Counted from the stretch's first letter, positions 50,132 to 60,853 are shown. The stretch: DNA of 64,000 bases from Candidatus Obscuribacteraceae bacterium (GCA_044226015.1 JBGAHS010000003.1:416001-480000); one strand, 5' to 3'. Made by a program: numbers and translations. Notes: generated from the letters alone by a model not told the origin.

Positions 50132-50475
50132 TTGCCTTTTTCGACCTTTTTCGACCTTTTTGAATCAACACTGCTTAGTCCTTCTCAGCAGTTCCATGGC
50201 TAGATTCTCAAAGAAACCGCTGCCAAGCTTGCGAGAATGATGTGAGCAATTTCAGCTCAACACGACCTCTTAGAACAAGATTAGCTAGTTCGGCAGAAAT
50301 TTGATTGATTCAAGCAGCGTCAACACACTAGCTTTAGTTGTCTCTTTTCCCCCCATTCCGACCGTTCTCCTCCCGCAACAACAAAGCCTTCGCCAGCCAC
50401 CTAAGCCATCGGACATGTCCGCGGGAACGGCTCACCAATTTTTATGCCAGCCACGAGCTGGAATGGAGCAAAACT

Positions 50476-51216
50476 ATGAATTCAGTTCTCAACTTCCTGC
50501 GGGAGGTTTGGATTCGCATTGCCCGAGTGATTTTCTGGAAGCGCAACGAATCTCGCTACATCGTTCTTCTCGGCGCCCCTGGGGCTGGGAAGGGCACTAT
50601 CGCGGGAATGCTGAAAGAAAAGCTGGGACTTCCTCAACTGCAAACTGGTCAGCTCATCAGAGCTGAGATTGAGAGCGGAAGCCCGTTAGGGAAATCGCTT
50701 GCTCCCCTGGTCGCCTCGGGAGCCTACATCTCCGACAAAATCATCATCAGACTATTTCAGAAAGAACTACAGAAGCCTGAGTACGTGAACGGAGCCATCC
50801 TCGACGGCATTCCACGCACCGTTATTCAGGCAAGAGCACTTCGGCGAAAGCTGCTTTTCTGGGGCAACAAGGTGAATCGCGTGATTCTGCTTGATGTACC
50901 AGAGGAAGACGTTGTTGAACGTATTCTCTTGCGTCGAACATGCTCCAACAAGAATTGCGGCGCCAGTTTCCACATGAAATTCGCGCCGCCATCGAAGGAG
51001 GACACTTGCGACCACTGTGGGTCTTCTTTGAAGAAACGCAGTGACGACAACGAAACCACCATTCGAGAGCGCATGAGGGTCTTCAAATTAAGCTCTGGTC
51101 CTGTGTGCGAATTTTACAGGAAGAGCAAGCTTTTGACGGTGGTCAAAACCAGCAACCAACGCAGTCCTGAAGAAGTTCTTCGTGACGTGATCTTCACGAT
51201 CGAAGAATTCGACTGA
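50476..51216 (+). CDS. adk: Adenylate kinase (long LID, Zn motif), probably a paralog
   Basis: GAPGAGKGT, LDGIPRT, RRTC..CG..CDHCG and RSDD motifs; GGAG RBS; not in a ribosomal-protein operon. Confidence 0.88.
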   Translation: MNSVLNFLREVWIRIARVIFWKRNESRYIVLLGAPGAGKGTIAGMLKEKLGLPQLQTGQLIRAEIESGSPLGKSLAPLVASGAYISDKIIIRLFQKELQKPEYVNGAILDGIPRTVIQARALRRKLLFWGNKVNRVILLDVPEEDVVERILLRRTCSNKNCGASFHMKFAPPSKEDTCDHCGSSLKKRSDDNETTIRERMRVFKLSSGPVCEFYRKSKLLTVVKTSNQRSPEEVLRDVIFTIEEFD

Positions 51217-51241
51217 GTTTACTGTTTGCGGCGCAAGCAGG

Positions 51242-51280
51242 GCAAAGTGATAGACCCAAAATCTATCACTTTGCTTTTTT
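51242..51280 (+). terminator. Rho-independent terminator
   Basis: GCAAAGTGATAGA/TCTATCACTTTGC followed by T6. Confidence 0.85.
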
Positions 51281-51406
51281 CGCCCATCCTACTACCGGCA
51301 ATCGTAAGAATTCCGCAAGGCATAGAGGCGTAGCGTGGCAATCAAGGTTAGCAAGAATGCTCATACGTGGAAAATAAGATATAGAAAGGCTTACAGGGTC
51401 TGATAA

Positions 51407-53659
51407 TTGCCCGAATCAGCAAGAACGAAACAGCAAATAACTCTAACTCTGGCTCAAAAAGGACTGGTCCTGGTCGGAGTTCCTTTGTTGTTTGAGCTGG
51501 CTTTTGTGGGCATGCTCACCGCCATGCTAAATCATGCAGAGAAGGAATCAACACGCTTAGCCAATTCCAAAGCAATAATCACTAAAACCAATTCACTCAG
51601 CAAACTAGTTGTAGAAGCAGGCGCTTCACTTGCGGGTTACAGCGTAAATCATGACTCGGACTACGAAGACCATTACGAACTCGCAACCGAGCAGATTCCA
51701 CAAGAAATGACTGAATTGATGGCTCTTGCGAAAGACACACCAAGACAATCAAAAAGTTTGAATCAGATTCAAGCCACATTGACGAACGAACTCTATTTGA
51801 TTCGAAGAATTAAAACTGAGCTGGACAAAAATCACAAGACAGACAAGAGCCAGATGTTCGGTGAACTTCAGAAGCTAACGGATTCTCTACAAAAGGAATT
51901 GAATCAATTTGCTTTAGAAGAACGGAAGATAGAAAAAAGTAGTCCGCAAATCGAACAAAGATCGCGCACCATGATTAATACCATGCTATGGGGAGGAACC
52001 GCACTGAACGTGCTGCTCTCTTTGTTGATGGCGCATTTGTTCTACACCGGAATCACAGGGCGTCTCATGGTCTTGATCGACAATGCAATCAAACTCGCGA
52101 AAAACGAGACACTCAATCCACCGATCGCAGGAACTGATGAAGTAGCCTACCTGGATAAAGTGTTTCACGAAATGGCAAGCGCTCTTGCGGAGTCAGCAAA
52201 AAAACAGAGGTCTGTTATTGAGAATGCTTTGGATGTTATTTGTTCAATCGATGAGAATGGCAAGTTCACAGCAGTGAGTTCGGCTTCTGTCAAAGTCTGG
52301 GGCTACCAGCCAGAAGAGCTCATTGGAAGACGTTTCACCGAACTGATTCTCACAGAAGACATTGAAAGCACTCTCGATTGCACAAGAAGAATCATGATTG
52401 AGCACCTACTTCTTCCATTCGAAAACAGAGTGATGCGAAAAGACGGAACTCTCGTCCACATCTTGTGGTCAGCCTACTGGTCGAGTGCAGAAGAAGTCAT
52501 GTTTTGCGTTGCGCACGACATCACAGATCGCAAATTGGCAGAAAATCTACTCAAAGAAAGTGAGCTGCGCACTCGTTCAATCATAGAAGGCATGCCTGTT
52601 GGGCTCGTCATCATAAGCAATGACGGTCATATTGATTTGGCAAATCCGCAAATGGAAAAAATATTTGAATTCCGCGCAGAAGAACTCCTGGGGCAAAATA
52701 TTTCCGAACTCTTCCCCAATGCTGAAGAATTCAGTCCTAACAATTTCAAGGCAGGCGCATATCTGCGACTTCTCAGAAAGGTTCGCGAATTCACTGCAAA
52801 ACGAAAAAGCGGCGAAATATTTCCAGCAGAAATCACATTCACCAGTTTCAACACTGCAGAAGGTACTAAACTTCTCCTGAACGTGCTCGATGTGACAGAA
52901 AGGCACAGCATGGAAAAAATGAAACGAGAGTTTGTCACAACTGTGAGTCACGAACTGCGAACCCCACTCACGTCCATAAGAGGATCTTTGACATTACTTT
53001 CCGTTGGCGCACTTGGATCTTTGCCAGAGCAAGCGATGAAAGCAACAAAAATTGCCGAGAGAAATGCTTTGCGCCTTGCAAATCTCATTAACGACTTACT
53101 CGACATCGAGAAACTCGAAGCAGGAAAAATGGAAATGGTTTTTGAGAAAACCAGCATTGCCAGCGTGATGGAACGCTCTATTGAATCAGTTAAGTCCTAC
53201 GCTGAGCAGTACGAAGTCACGTTTGAACTAGACTTAAAAGGCGATTATTTTGTTTATGGAGATGGAGATAGACTTGTACAGGTTGTCGTAAATTTACTGT
53301 CTAACTCATGCAAATACTCACCGAAACAGGGAACAGTGCATATCGCAGTTTCAACGAATGAATCAGACTACGTTCAAGTTAGCATCAGTGACAAGGGTCG
53401 GGGAATTCCAGCAGAAACACTGCCAAAGATGTTTGAGCGCTTTCAGCAAGTGGAAGTTGCCGATGCTAAACGAAAAGGCGGCTCTGGGCTTGGCTTGGCA
53501 ATTTGCAAAGCAATCATTGAACAACACAATGGAAAAATCGGCGTGGAAAGCGAGCTGGGCAAAGGTAGCAGATTTTGGTTCAGCTTACCGCCTTACGAAG
53601 ATATTGAACTTACAGACAATCTGAGCTCAGTGACAGATATTAATTCAGAGCAGAGCTAA
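51407..53659 (+). CDS. Sensor histidine kinase (CHASE3-like, HAMP, two PAS, HisKA, HATPase)
   Basis: Two TMs, PAS ends HDITDRK/LDVTER, SHELRTPLT, NLLSNSCKY, DKGRG and GSGLGL motifs. Confidence 0.95.
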   Translation: MPESARTKQQITLTLAQKGLVLVGVPLLFELAFVGMLTAMLNHAEKESTRLANSKAIITKTNSLSKLVVEAGASLAGYSVNHDSDYEDHYELATEQIPQEMTELMALAKDTPRQSKSLNQIQATLTNELYLIRRIKTELDKNHKTDKSQMFGELQKLTDSLQKELNQFALEERKIEKSSPQIEQRSRTMINTMLWGGTALNVLLSLLMAHLFYTGITGRLMVLIDNAIKLAKNETLNPPIAGTDEVAYLDKVFHEMASALAESAKKQRSVIENALDVICSIDENGKFTAVSSASVKVWGYQPEELIGRRFTELILTEDIESTLDCTRRIMIEHLLLPFENRVMRKDGTLVHILWSAYWSSAEEVMFCVAHDITDRKLAENLLKESELRTRSIIEGMPVGLVIISNDGHIDLANPQMEKIFEFRAEELLGQNISELFPNAEEFSPNNFKAGAYLRLLRKVREFTAKRKSGEIFPAEITFTSFNTAEGTKLLLNVLDVTERHSMEKMKREFVTTVSHELRTPLTSIRGSLTLLSVGALGSLPEQAMKATKIAERNALRLANLINDLLDIEKLEAGKMEMVFEKTSIASVMERSIESVKSYAEQYEVTFELDLKGDYFVYGDGDRLVQVVVNLLSNSCKYSPKQGTVHIAVSTNESDYVQVSISDKGRGIPAETLPKMFERFQQVEVADAKRKGGSGLGLAICKAIIEQHNGKIGVESELGKGSRFWFSLPPYEDIELTDNLSSVTDINSEQS

Positions 53660-53787
53660 TAGAATCAACCAGCAGTCGCCAAGAGGATCTGTTCTTCAAT
53701 ATCTGGATATAAATGATTCTGCTCCGGGAATTAAGCTCAAAGGACTCTCTAAATGATGAGTTCGGATCCTTACTTAAGGGGTGAAGC

Positions 53788-54156
53788 ATGAAGGTTCTCA
53801 TCATCGATGACGAAGAAGACATTCGCTCAATTGCGTCCATGAGCCTTGGCATTCTGGGCGGAGTCGATGTAGTCGAAGCTGATGGCGGCGAAGACGGAAT
53901 CGCGAAAGCAGCATCAGAGCATCCCGACGCTATTCTGCTCGACATGATGATGCCAGGTCTTGATGGACCTGCCACTCTGGCCAAACTCAAAGAAAACCCT
54001 GCAACCAAGAGTATTCCCGTAATCTTTTTGACAGCGAGAGCCCAGAGCTCAGAGGTCGAAAAGCTAAAGGCTTTAGGCGCTTCGGGCGTATTGCCAAAAC
54101 CCTTTGACCCTACTACCCTGGCTAGCCAGGTTAAAGCGATTCTCGGAGTGCAATAG
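53788..54156 (+). CDS. Single-domain response regulator
   Basis: IIDDE, LLDMMMPGLDG, LTA and KPF motifs. Confidence 0.95.
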   Translation: MKVLIIDDEEDIRSIASMSLGILGGVDVVEADGGEDGIAKAASEHPDAILLDMMMPGLDGPATLAKLKENPATKSIPVIFLTARAQSSEVEKLKALGASGVLPKPFDPTTLASQVKAILGVQ

Positions 54157-54162
54157 ACGGCG

Positions 54163-55812
54163 ATGCCGGAGACCTGGGACAAAACCTTCCAAGAACTGAA
54201 GAATCAGTATTTGATGCGCTCGCAAGAGCGGCTTGATCAAATCGGTGAGTTGTTGAACTCGCTTGCTAAATCACCCGGCGATATCGGTCTGCTGCGCGAT
54301 TTGATCAGGCAGTTTCATTGGCTCGCTGGCTCAGGCAGCATTTATGGCTTTCCTCAGATTACAAAGCTCGGAACACACGGCGAAGAATTTTGCGAACAGT
54401 TGATGCGCGCGAATAAGGCACTGACTCGTTCTGATTGGGACAAATGCAAAGCTTTACTTGAAGCGTTGCGAGTCACTTTTAACGGTGATGACGATCCGCA
54501 AAGACAGACTATTGAGAAAGCATTGCCGAAATCAGAATATGATGGGGCTGAAGTTCTATTCGTCGATGCTGATCAGAATAATTTTCTCTTCCTCGCCAAA
54601 ACGCTGGAAGACCAGGGAATGCATGTTCGACATATGCGCACAGCTCTAAACGCTCTTGAACAGTGCGGTCATAAAATGCCTAAAGCTGTAATCATTGCGC
54701 TGCCACTTCCCGATGCTTCTGGTTACGAGTTGGTTGAACGAATACGCTCGATGCCCAATGGGCAAGAACCAGTAATCTTTTTCGTCGGCGCAAAGTCTGG
54801 ATTTCTCGACAAAGTTCAGGCAGTTCACTGCGGAGCTGATGGCTTCTTTCAAATGCCCGTCGACTGGGAGCATGTTCAGTCGCGACTTAAATACCTGCTT
54901 CAACGTGGTCAGCCACAAAACTATCGAATCCTCTCAGTTGAAGACGACCCTGACCAAGCCTATTTCATCAAATATGTCTTAGAATCCGCAGGTTATCAGG
55001 TTCACCACATTGCAGACCCCATGCAATTCGAAGAAGCCTTGCTTTCCTTCAACCCTGATTTGGTTATGCTCGATATTCTGCTTCCAGGAATGACCGGATA
55101 TGAATTAGCACGATATCTGAGGCAGGATGAGCGCTGGGCAACCATGCCAATTCTTTTTCTAACCACACAAAATCAATTGGAAGCTCACATCGAATCAGCA
55201 AGAGCAGGTGCTGACGACCACCTCGTAAAACCTGTCGCACCAGCATTACTATTGTCTGCCACAGCTTCACGTCTTGAGCGCGCACGATTCTTGAAGAATC
55301 TCCTGCATCGAGACGGTCTAACCAAGCTGCTCACGCACACAGCATTCATGGAGCAAGCTCAGCAAACAGTTTCTCATTGCAAGAGAAATCCGAAGCGAAT
55401 AGCGGCTCTCATGCTCATTGACCTCGACCGATTCAAGCCTGTAAATGAGCATTTCGGCTACGCAACGGGAGACAAGGTACTGGTCTCCTTATCCACTGTA
55501 CTTCGACAACGATTGCGCTCATCAGACATTCTTGGTCGCTTTGGCGGTGAGGAAGTAGCCATCATAGTAGAAGATCTTGAAGAATACGACGCTGTAAATC
55601 TCGCACAGCGGCTGCTGCACGACTTTAGCAATATGCGCCATCGTGCGCCCGATGGCACAGAGTTTCAGATGACTTTTAGCTGCGGAGTAGCAATGCTTGA
55701 TGCAAAAGTAATGGATGTTGAACGCTGGAGACGCCATGCCGAACAAGCATTGCGCGCAGCCAAAACAAACGGCCGCAATTGTGTGATGAAACTGACGGGC
55801 GGTAAGAGATAG
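54163..55812 (+). CDS. Hpt-REC-REC-GGDEF diguanylate cyclase
   Basis: FHWLAGSG (Hpt), two receiver domains, DLDRFK..N...G and RSSD..RFGGEE motifs. Confidence 0.92.
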   Translation: MPETWDKTFQELKNQYLMRSQERLDQIGELLNSLAKSPGDIGLLRDLIRQFHWLAGSGSIYGFPQITKLGTHGEEFCEQLMRANKALTRSDWDKCKALLEALRVTFNGDDDPQRQTIEKALPKSEYDGAEVLFVDADQNNFLFLAKTLEDQGMHVRHMRTALNALEQCGHKMPKAVIIALPLPDASGYELVERIRSMPNGQEPVIFFVGAKSGFLDKVQAVHCGADGFFQMPVDWEHVQSRLKYLLQRGQPQNYRILSVEDDPDQAYFIKYVLESAGYQVHHIADPMQFEEALLSFNPDLVMLDILLPGMTGYELARYLRQDERWATMPILFLTTQNQLEAHIESARAGADDHLVKPVAPALLLSATASRLERARFLKNLLHRDGLTKLLTHTAFMEQAQQTVSHCKRNPKRIAALMLIDLDRFKPVNEHFGYATGDKVLVSLSTVLRQRLRSSDILGRFGGEEVAIIVEDLEEYDAVNLAQRLLHDFSNMRHRAPDGTEFQMTFSCGVAMLDAKVMDVERWRRHAEQALRAAKTNGRNCVMKLTGGKR

Positions 55813-55837
55813 TTTGAATCTCTGAAAGGAGATAAGC

Positions 55838-56779
55838 GTGTCCATTAGCAGACGCCTGACCTTACAAATTCCTGGAAGCATCAGCAATCTGGGTCCCGGC
55901 TTTGACAGTCTGGCTCTGGCGTTGAATATTCACTGCAAAGTCAGTGTGGCACTTCTAGAAAAAAACGATCCAAACATTCCTTTCATTACCTTCAAAGGTG
56001 CCGCAGCAAAACGAAGTGAGCCAGGTGATACCGACGGCTTGCTCTACAAAGTTTTGAAGAGCATTTGGAAAGGCAACCCTGAATTGCTTCATTGTATTCG
56101 AGTAGAAATTGAGTCCGAAGTTCCGCTGGGCTGTGGCTTAGGAGGCAGCACAGCTGCCATTCTTGGAGCGCTCTGGGGCTCTTATGTATTTCAGGATAGA
56201 ATTCCCAACCCACCAACCTTGCTTGCAGAAGCTACAGCGCTAGAAGGATATAGCGAAGGTTTTGCTGCTAGCCTTTTAGGGGATTTTGTTGTTTGCGCTA
56301 AAGGCATGGATGGCGACCGCATCATAGCTAAGCAATTGAACTGGCCTCAACGCTGGAAACCCATTTTCGTTGTACCGACCTACCGTCGCAGCACCGAAGA
56401 TATGAGAGCTTGCCTCCCGGACAAAATAAGCATGGCCGACGCGACATTCAATTTGCAGCGCACAGCTCTGCTGGTATCAGCAGTGGTGCGCGATGATGAT
56501 AGTGCTATGAAGGAAGCCCTGCACGACAAGTTACATGAGAGTTATCGCAGTCCACACGTGCCTCTTTTGCCAAAGCTTAGAGCCGCGCTCGGCGACCTCC
56601 CAATTATTGGTACCTGCCTGAGCGGGGCGGGTCCCTCAGTGATGGTTCTGGCCGCGGAGAAACACCGTGCTGAAGTTCTGGAGTTTTTGCAAAATTGGGC
56701 TCTTACAGAAGAAGACGGTGTTAGCGTAATGCCGATTGATGTAGACAGAGACGGACTAAAAGAGCTGGAATTTGAGTAG
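55838..56779 (+). CDS. thrB: Homoserine kinase-like GHMP kinase
   Basis: PGSISNLGPGFD, PLGCGLGGS, D.LHE.YR and SGAGPS motifs; the usual HPDN motif is altered. Confidence 0.8.
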   Translation: MSISRRLTLQIPGSISNLGPGFDSLALALNIHCKVSVALLEKNDPNIPFITFKGAAAKRSEPGDTDGLLYKVLKSIWKGNPELLHCIRVEIESEVPLGCGLGGSTAAILGALWGSYVFQDRIPNPPTLLAEATALEGYSEGFAASLLGDFVVCAKGMDGDRIIAKQLNWPQRWKPIFVVPTYRRSTEDMRACLPDKISMADATFNLQRTALLVSAVVRDDDSAMKEALHDKLHESYRSPHVPLLPKLRAALGDLPIIGTCLSGAGPSVMVLAAEKHRAEVLEFLQNWALTEEDGVSVMPIDVDRDGLKELEFE

Positions 56780-57269
56780 ACAGCAAGCCTCGCGATGAGT
56801 CCTTAGCGAAGCCGGGCTATCGGTTTCTATTTTGAAAACTGCGGAAAATACGACATCCATAATGGTCTGCGGACTCGCTTGGCTACCCCAAAAATAAGTC
56901 CAAAAAGACTGCGACTGAATAGTTGCCAAGTGCTGCGAAGTTTCACCTACTTCCACTGCACGTACGCACAGTTCCACACCGCAAACTTGATCAGGGCCGT
57001 ACTGTACGCCTAAGGTCTAGTTATTCATGTTCCACCCACCCCCACCCCCTGATACCCGCTCTCACGCACAATTCTCAAACCCTCCCCTCCTCTAACACAC
57101 CTGTCATCAATGACACGGTGCCTGCCGACTCCATAAAGCATCAACGCACTAGCAAGTTCTGACCGCAAGCAGAGCTCAGCTAGGGCAAACAACACGTTGG
57201 GATTGTCCCTTCGTGGTTTTCTTCATGACTTGGTCCGAAAGACCCAAAAACAAGAACAAGGAGTTTTCC

Positions 57270-57719
57270 ATGAACTGCCAAACGATCATCCTGTGGAGCA
57301 ACAACGGCAAGCTGGTTGCGACCCTCTTCGCTTCGCGTCGCGATGCCTTCAACATCGAACGCGTGGACGACCAGATGGGCATGATTGCCGTGAAGGTGAC
57401 GACCACTGCGAACTTCAACCCTGAGCAGGACTATCTGGTCCGCCAGGTGGAGAAGAACGGCAGCAGCGAGAAGCAGCTCGTTTTCGGCACCCTGCCGAAA
57501 TGGGCTGGCGGAACGCTGCTTGCTGGTCGCAGCATCGTCGCTGACGGTTCCGACGTGACGGCTCTCCTGCAGCGTCACCCGGCCACCACCGTCAACGACA
57601 GAGAAACTTGCCGCCTGAACGGACTCGTCGTCGCCGGTGACTTCAACTACGGCAAGCACGAATGCAACTGCGGCAAGAAGGCTTGCAATTGCAGCGAAGA
57701 TGAATGCACGGGCAAGTAG
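57270..57719 (+). CDS. Hypothetical protein with Cys-rich C-terminal tail
   Basis: AAGGAG RBS; ends HECNCGKKACNCSEDECTGK. Confidence 0.7.
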   Translation: MNCQTIILWSNNGKLVATLFASRRDAFNIERVDDQMGMIAVKVTTTANFNPEQDYLVRQVEKNGSSEKQLVFGTLPKWAGGTLLAGRSIVADGSDVTALLQRHPATTVNDRETCRLNGLVVAGDFNYGKHECNCGKKACNCSEDECTGK

Positions 57720-57896
57720 CCCACTGAGCAGCACAGTGACTCCACTTGCGGGGAGTCGCTGGCGCAGCTCTGTCCCCTATCCGCACCATCCTGCGGTGGG
57801 GCCGATGAACAACCATCGGTGCTGGTCAGGCTTGGAATGGAGCCTGGCTGGGGAATCACGGTTGATTTCCAATCTAACTTACTTGAGGTAATTGAT

Positions 57897-58691
57897 ATGA
57901 AACGAAGCATCTCATTCGGTGAGCTGTGGACATTTGAAGAGTGCCCACAGCAGTATCTCGCGCGACTCATGCGCCAGAAACAGACAGTAACAAAAGAGCA
58001 AGTGGTCGGCAATGCCACTCACGCTCTGGCGGAAACCAAAGGCGAAAAAACCGCTGCGGTAGAGCGCCTCATTGCTCGGGAGTTGGCGTGCCTGCCAGCT
58101 CACGAGCAAGAAGAGACGCTTGCAAGAATCGAACTTGTCAGCGCTAACGCCAAGGAAATGGCAGAAGCAGACAACGACGATGACGGCGATACCGAGCGGG
58201 AAACGGTTTACCGCTGGTTTCACAAGGAAAGCGGCTGGTGGCTCTGTGCCAAACCCGACAAGGTTGAAATCGTCGAGGAAGATGGAAAACAAATCCTCGA
58301 CATTCTCGACTACAAATCGGGAGCGTCATACGAGTACGGCACTGACGACGGCGTGAGCTACCGTCCGAAGCGCAAACACAAGGAGCAGATTTACTTCTTC
58401 GCCCTTGTCGTCGCCAACGCCATGAACTGGACCGGCAAGATTCGCCTGCGCATTCGCTACTGGGGCAACAAGGCCGAGTGCAAACCGATGTGGTACAGCC
58501 ACTATCGCTCACCTGGCAAACTGCTTGAACTCAGCGCAGTGCTCAAGCGCATCGAAGAGTACGTAGCCAACAAGGCGTTCCCCTGCAAGACCGGCTTCTG
58601 GTGCAACACCTGCCCCCGAGCTGCCACTTGCGAAGCGAACCAATCGCGGCTGCAACTCATCGGAGAATTGCCACTGCAGCGCACTGCTTAA
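57897..58691 (+). CDS. PD-(D/E)XK nuclease, Cas4/AddB-like with four Cys
   Basis: S...L..F..CP..Y, GNATH, PD.......DYKSG, QIYFFAL and C..CP....C motifs; GAGGT RBS. Confidence 0.85.
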   Translation: MKRSISFGELWTFEECPQQYLARLMRQKQTVTKEQVVGNATHALAETKGEKTAAVERLIARELACLPAHEQEETLARIELVSANAKEMAEADNDDDGDTERETVYRWFHKESGWWLCAKPDKVEIVEEDGKQILDILDYKSGASYEYGTDDGVSYRPKRKHKEQIYFFALVVANAMNWTGKIRLRIRYWGNKAECKPMWYSHYRSPGKLLELSAVLKRIEEYVANKAFPCKTGFWCNTCPRAATCEANQSRLQLIGELPLQRTA

Positions 58692-58697
58692 TGTCAA

Positions 58698-58735
58698 AGA
58701 AAGGGGTTGAAGCTTTACCGCTTCAACCCCTTTCT
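58698..58735. terminator. Terminator (probably bidirectional)
   Basis: 16-bp stem AGAAAGGGGTTGAAGC/GCTTCAACCCCTTTCT between convergent genes. Confidence 0.8.
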
Positions 58736-58803
58736 GCGATTTTCTTAGCTTTTTGGCATTTTAAATAACAAATCTGCGGCACCTTTTGCATTTTAAAACC
58801 GGC

Positions 58804-60183
58804 TCAAACATGGTTATGCAAGCCTGAAACAAAAGACCATGCCGGATTTTTTCCCAGTATCAGTTCCCTGATTTCAGCAATCAGATAAAGCGAACCTGTT
58901 GCACAAAAGAAGCCCTGATCACAACTGCTGCTCTCTGCCAATGCAAAAGCCTCTTCGCTGGAATTACAAATTTCGACTTTCATTCCCAGCGCTCGGGCTT
59001 TCTCAAAAATAAGATTGGGATCCATCGCTTTCTGGCTGTAAGAGCGGCTTGCAATCAAAAGACTCGATGATGGATATATAGCCTCCAGAATTTGGTCGAT
59101 ATTTTTGTCTGAATTCACACCAAGCACAAATACTGATTTATCACGCTGAAAGTGACGTTTAATGCCGTCCACCAGCGCTTGCATCGATTCGCCATTGTGC
59201 GCACCATCAATGAGTACATTTGTTCCAGCATGCTTTAATACTTCCATTCGACCAGGAACGCAAACCGCTTCGAGACTTGAATGCATGGTTTTGAAAGAAC
59301 TCCGCAGCAGACCCTTCCTGGTCAAAGCATCCATCGCTGCAATTGCTGTGGAGGCATTGTCCAGCTGATGCCGACCCAGCATTCGCAATTGAAACTCGCG
59401 CTCCGCTTCCACATCCTTCAACTTGCTTTTCAGGACAAATGACTGTCTTTGCTCATCAAATTCCCTAGCTTCAATTTCATAGTGCCTTGCCACATCAACA
59501 AATTCTGCATCCTGTTCCTGGCAAATCTTTTCTATCAAGGCTGGCACGCTTGCATCATGCTGAGGAGCCAGAACCACGATTGCACCAGGGCGAATTATTC
59601 CCGCCTTGTTTCGTGCAATCTCCTGTGTAGTTTTACCAAGCACGCTTGTATGCTCAAGACTCACAGCTGTAATCAGGACTATTTCCTTCTTATCAAAAAC
59701 ATTAGTGGCATCGTATTGCCCACCCATTCCGACCTCAACAACCTGCCACTGCATTTGGTGCTTATTGTTCAGTAAAAAAAACAACGAAGTCATTGCTCCA
59801 AAAGTGCTGACGGGTCCGCTATCACTCTCATGCTGCGAGAGCACGATGTCTTTGATTTCAGACACTCCACTGGCAAATTCAGACTCTCCTACTGGTTTGC
59901 AATCGAGACAAATTCTTTCGCGATATGAATGCAAATGAGGTGATGTGTACAGAGAGCACGAATACTCGGCAGCCAACATGGCAGACAGCATGGCGCTCGT
60001 GCTGCCTTTACCTTTTGAACCCGTTATGTGAGCCGTCATCCGTCCAAGTTGGGGGTCACCCAGACGCTGCAATAAGGATCGCATGCACTCCAGGCTCATC
60101 GTTCGTGCAAGGTTGCCATGACTGTTTCGCTCCATATCGGGCAGGTCTAGCAGGAAGTTCGTGGCTTCGTTATAGTTCATCAT
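58804..60183 (-). CDS. folC: Folylpolyglutamate synthase/dihydrofolate synthase
   Basis: HITGSKGKGST, YTSPHL, EVGMGG..DATNV, PGRME and DGAHN motifs. Confidence 0.93.
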   Translation of the reverse strand: MMNYNEATNFLLDLPDMERNSHGNLARTMSLECMRSLLQRLGDPQLGRMTAHITGSKGKGSTSAMLSAMLAAEYSCSLYTSPHLHSYRERICLDCKPVGESEFASGVSEIKDIVLSQHESDSGPVSTFGAMTSLFFLLNNKHQMQWQVVEVGMGGQYDATNVFDKKEIVLITAVSLEHTSVLGKTTQEIARNKAGIIRPGAIVVLAPQHDASVPALIEKICQEQDAEFVDVARHYEIEAREFDEQRQSFVLKSKLKDVEAEREFQLRMLGRHQLDNASTAIAAMDALTRKGLLRSSFKTMHSSLEAVCVPGRMEVLKHAGTNVLIDGAHNGESMQALVDGIKRHFQRDKSVFVLGVNSDKNIDQILEAIYPSSSLLIASRSYSQKAMDPNLIFEKARALGMKVEICNSSEEAFALAESSSCDQGFFCATGSLYLIAEIRELILGKNPAWSFVSGLHNHV

Positions 60184-60373
60184 TTCCCCTTGAATCGAGC
60201 CTGAAGTTTATCAGCACTGATGCGTTTTGACACCTGACTGTTACTTTGCCTGTTACCTTGATTTTTGGGGCAAGTACGCTACTTGATGTAGTAAAAATTG
60301 CCAGAAGAAGAGAGTCCGAAAATTTGCTTGCGCAAATTGGACTCGTTCTTCATTAATCAGCGAAAAGCTGTTA

Positions 60374-60853
60374 CTAGGCTCCTCTGCAAATAACACAGTT
60401 TTGAGCTAGTCCCTGACGGGGCGTTCCACAATAACGGCAAAACTGCACGCCCTGCTGCACGGTGCTTGCAAAGCCATCGGCTTGTGCGCTACTTCGAAAT
60501 TGCTCCTCAGATGCGTTCTGAACTCCTGGCTTTGTGCGTGGTTTTGGCTTGGGATGCGGTGCATGTTCTGGGTCAGAATCTGGCTTCGGTCGCGGTTTTG
60601 GACCGGGTCGTCGTCCTCCTGTTTTCTTACTTGGGACTAGCACCTTTGCTGAAGCCTTAAACATGCTTGAAAGTACTTTGAAAACACCAGAAATGACTGC
60701 GGACGAAATCGCGGCAGTCAGCTCAAAAACCTGGTCAAACAACTTCTCAGGACTTTTCATTCCGAACAAAATCGCAAGAATAACCATCGGCAGTATTAAA
60801 GGCAGTACCAAATGCCCATAAATCTGCAGTATCAAATTAGAGATGTACTCCAT
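60374..60853 (-). CDS. Membrane protein with Pro/Lys linker and C-terminal zinc ribbon
   Basis: N-terminal TM, PKPRPKP linker, CRYCG...CVIC; AAGGAG RBS. Confidence 0.7.
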   Translation of the reverse strand: MEYISNLILQIYGHLVLPLILPMVILAILFGMKSPEKLFDQVFELTAAISSAVISGVFKVLSSMFKASAKVLVPSKKTGGRRPGPKPRPKPDSDPEHAPHPKPKPRTKPGVQNASEEQFRSSAQADGFASTVQQGVQFCRYCGTPRQGLAQNCVICRGA

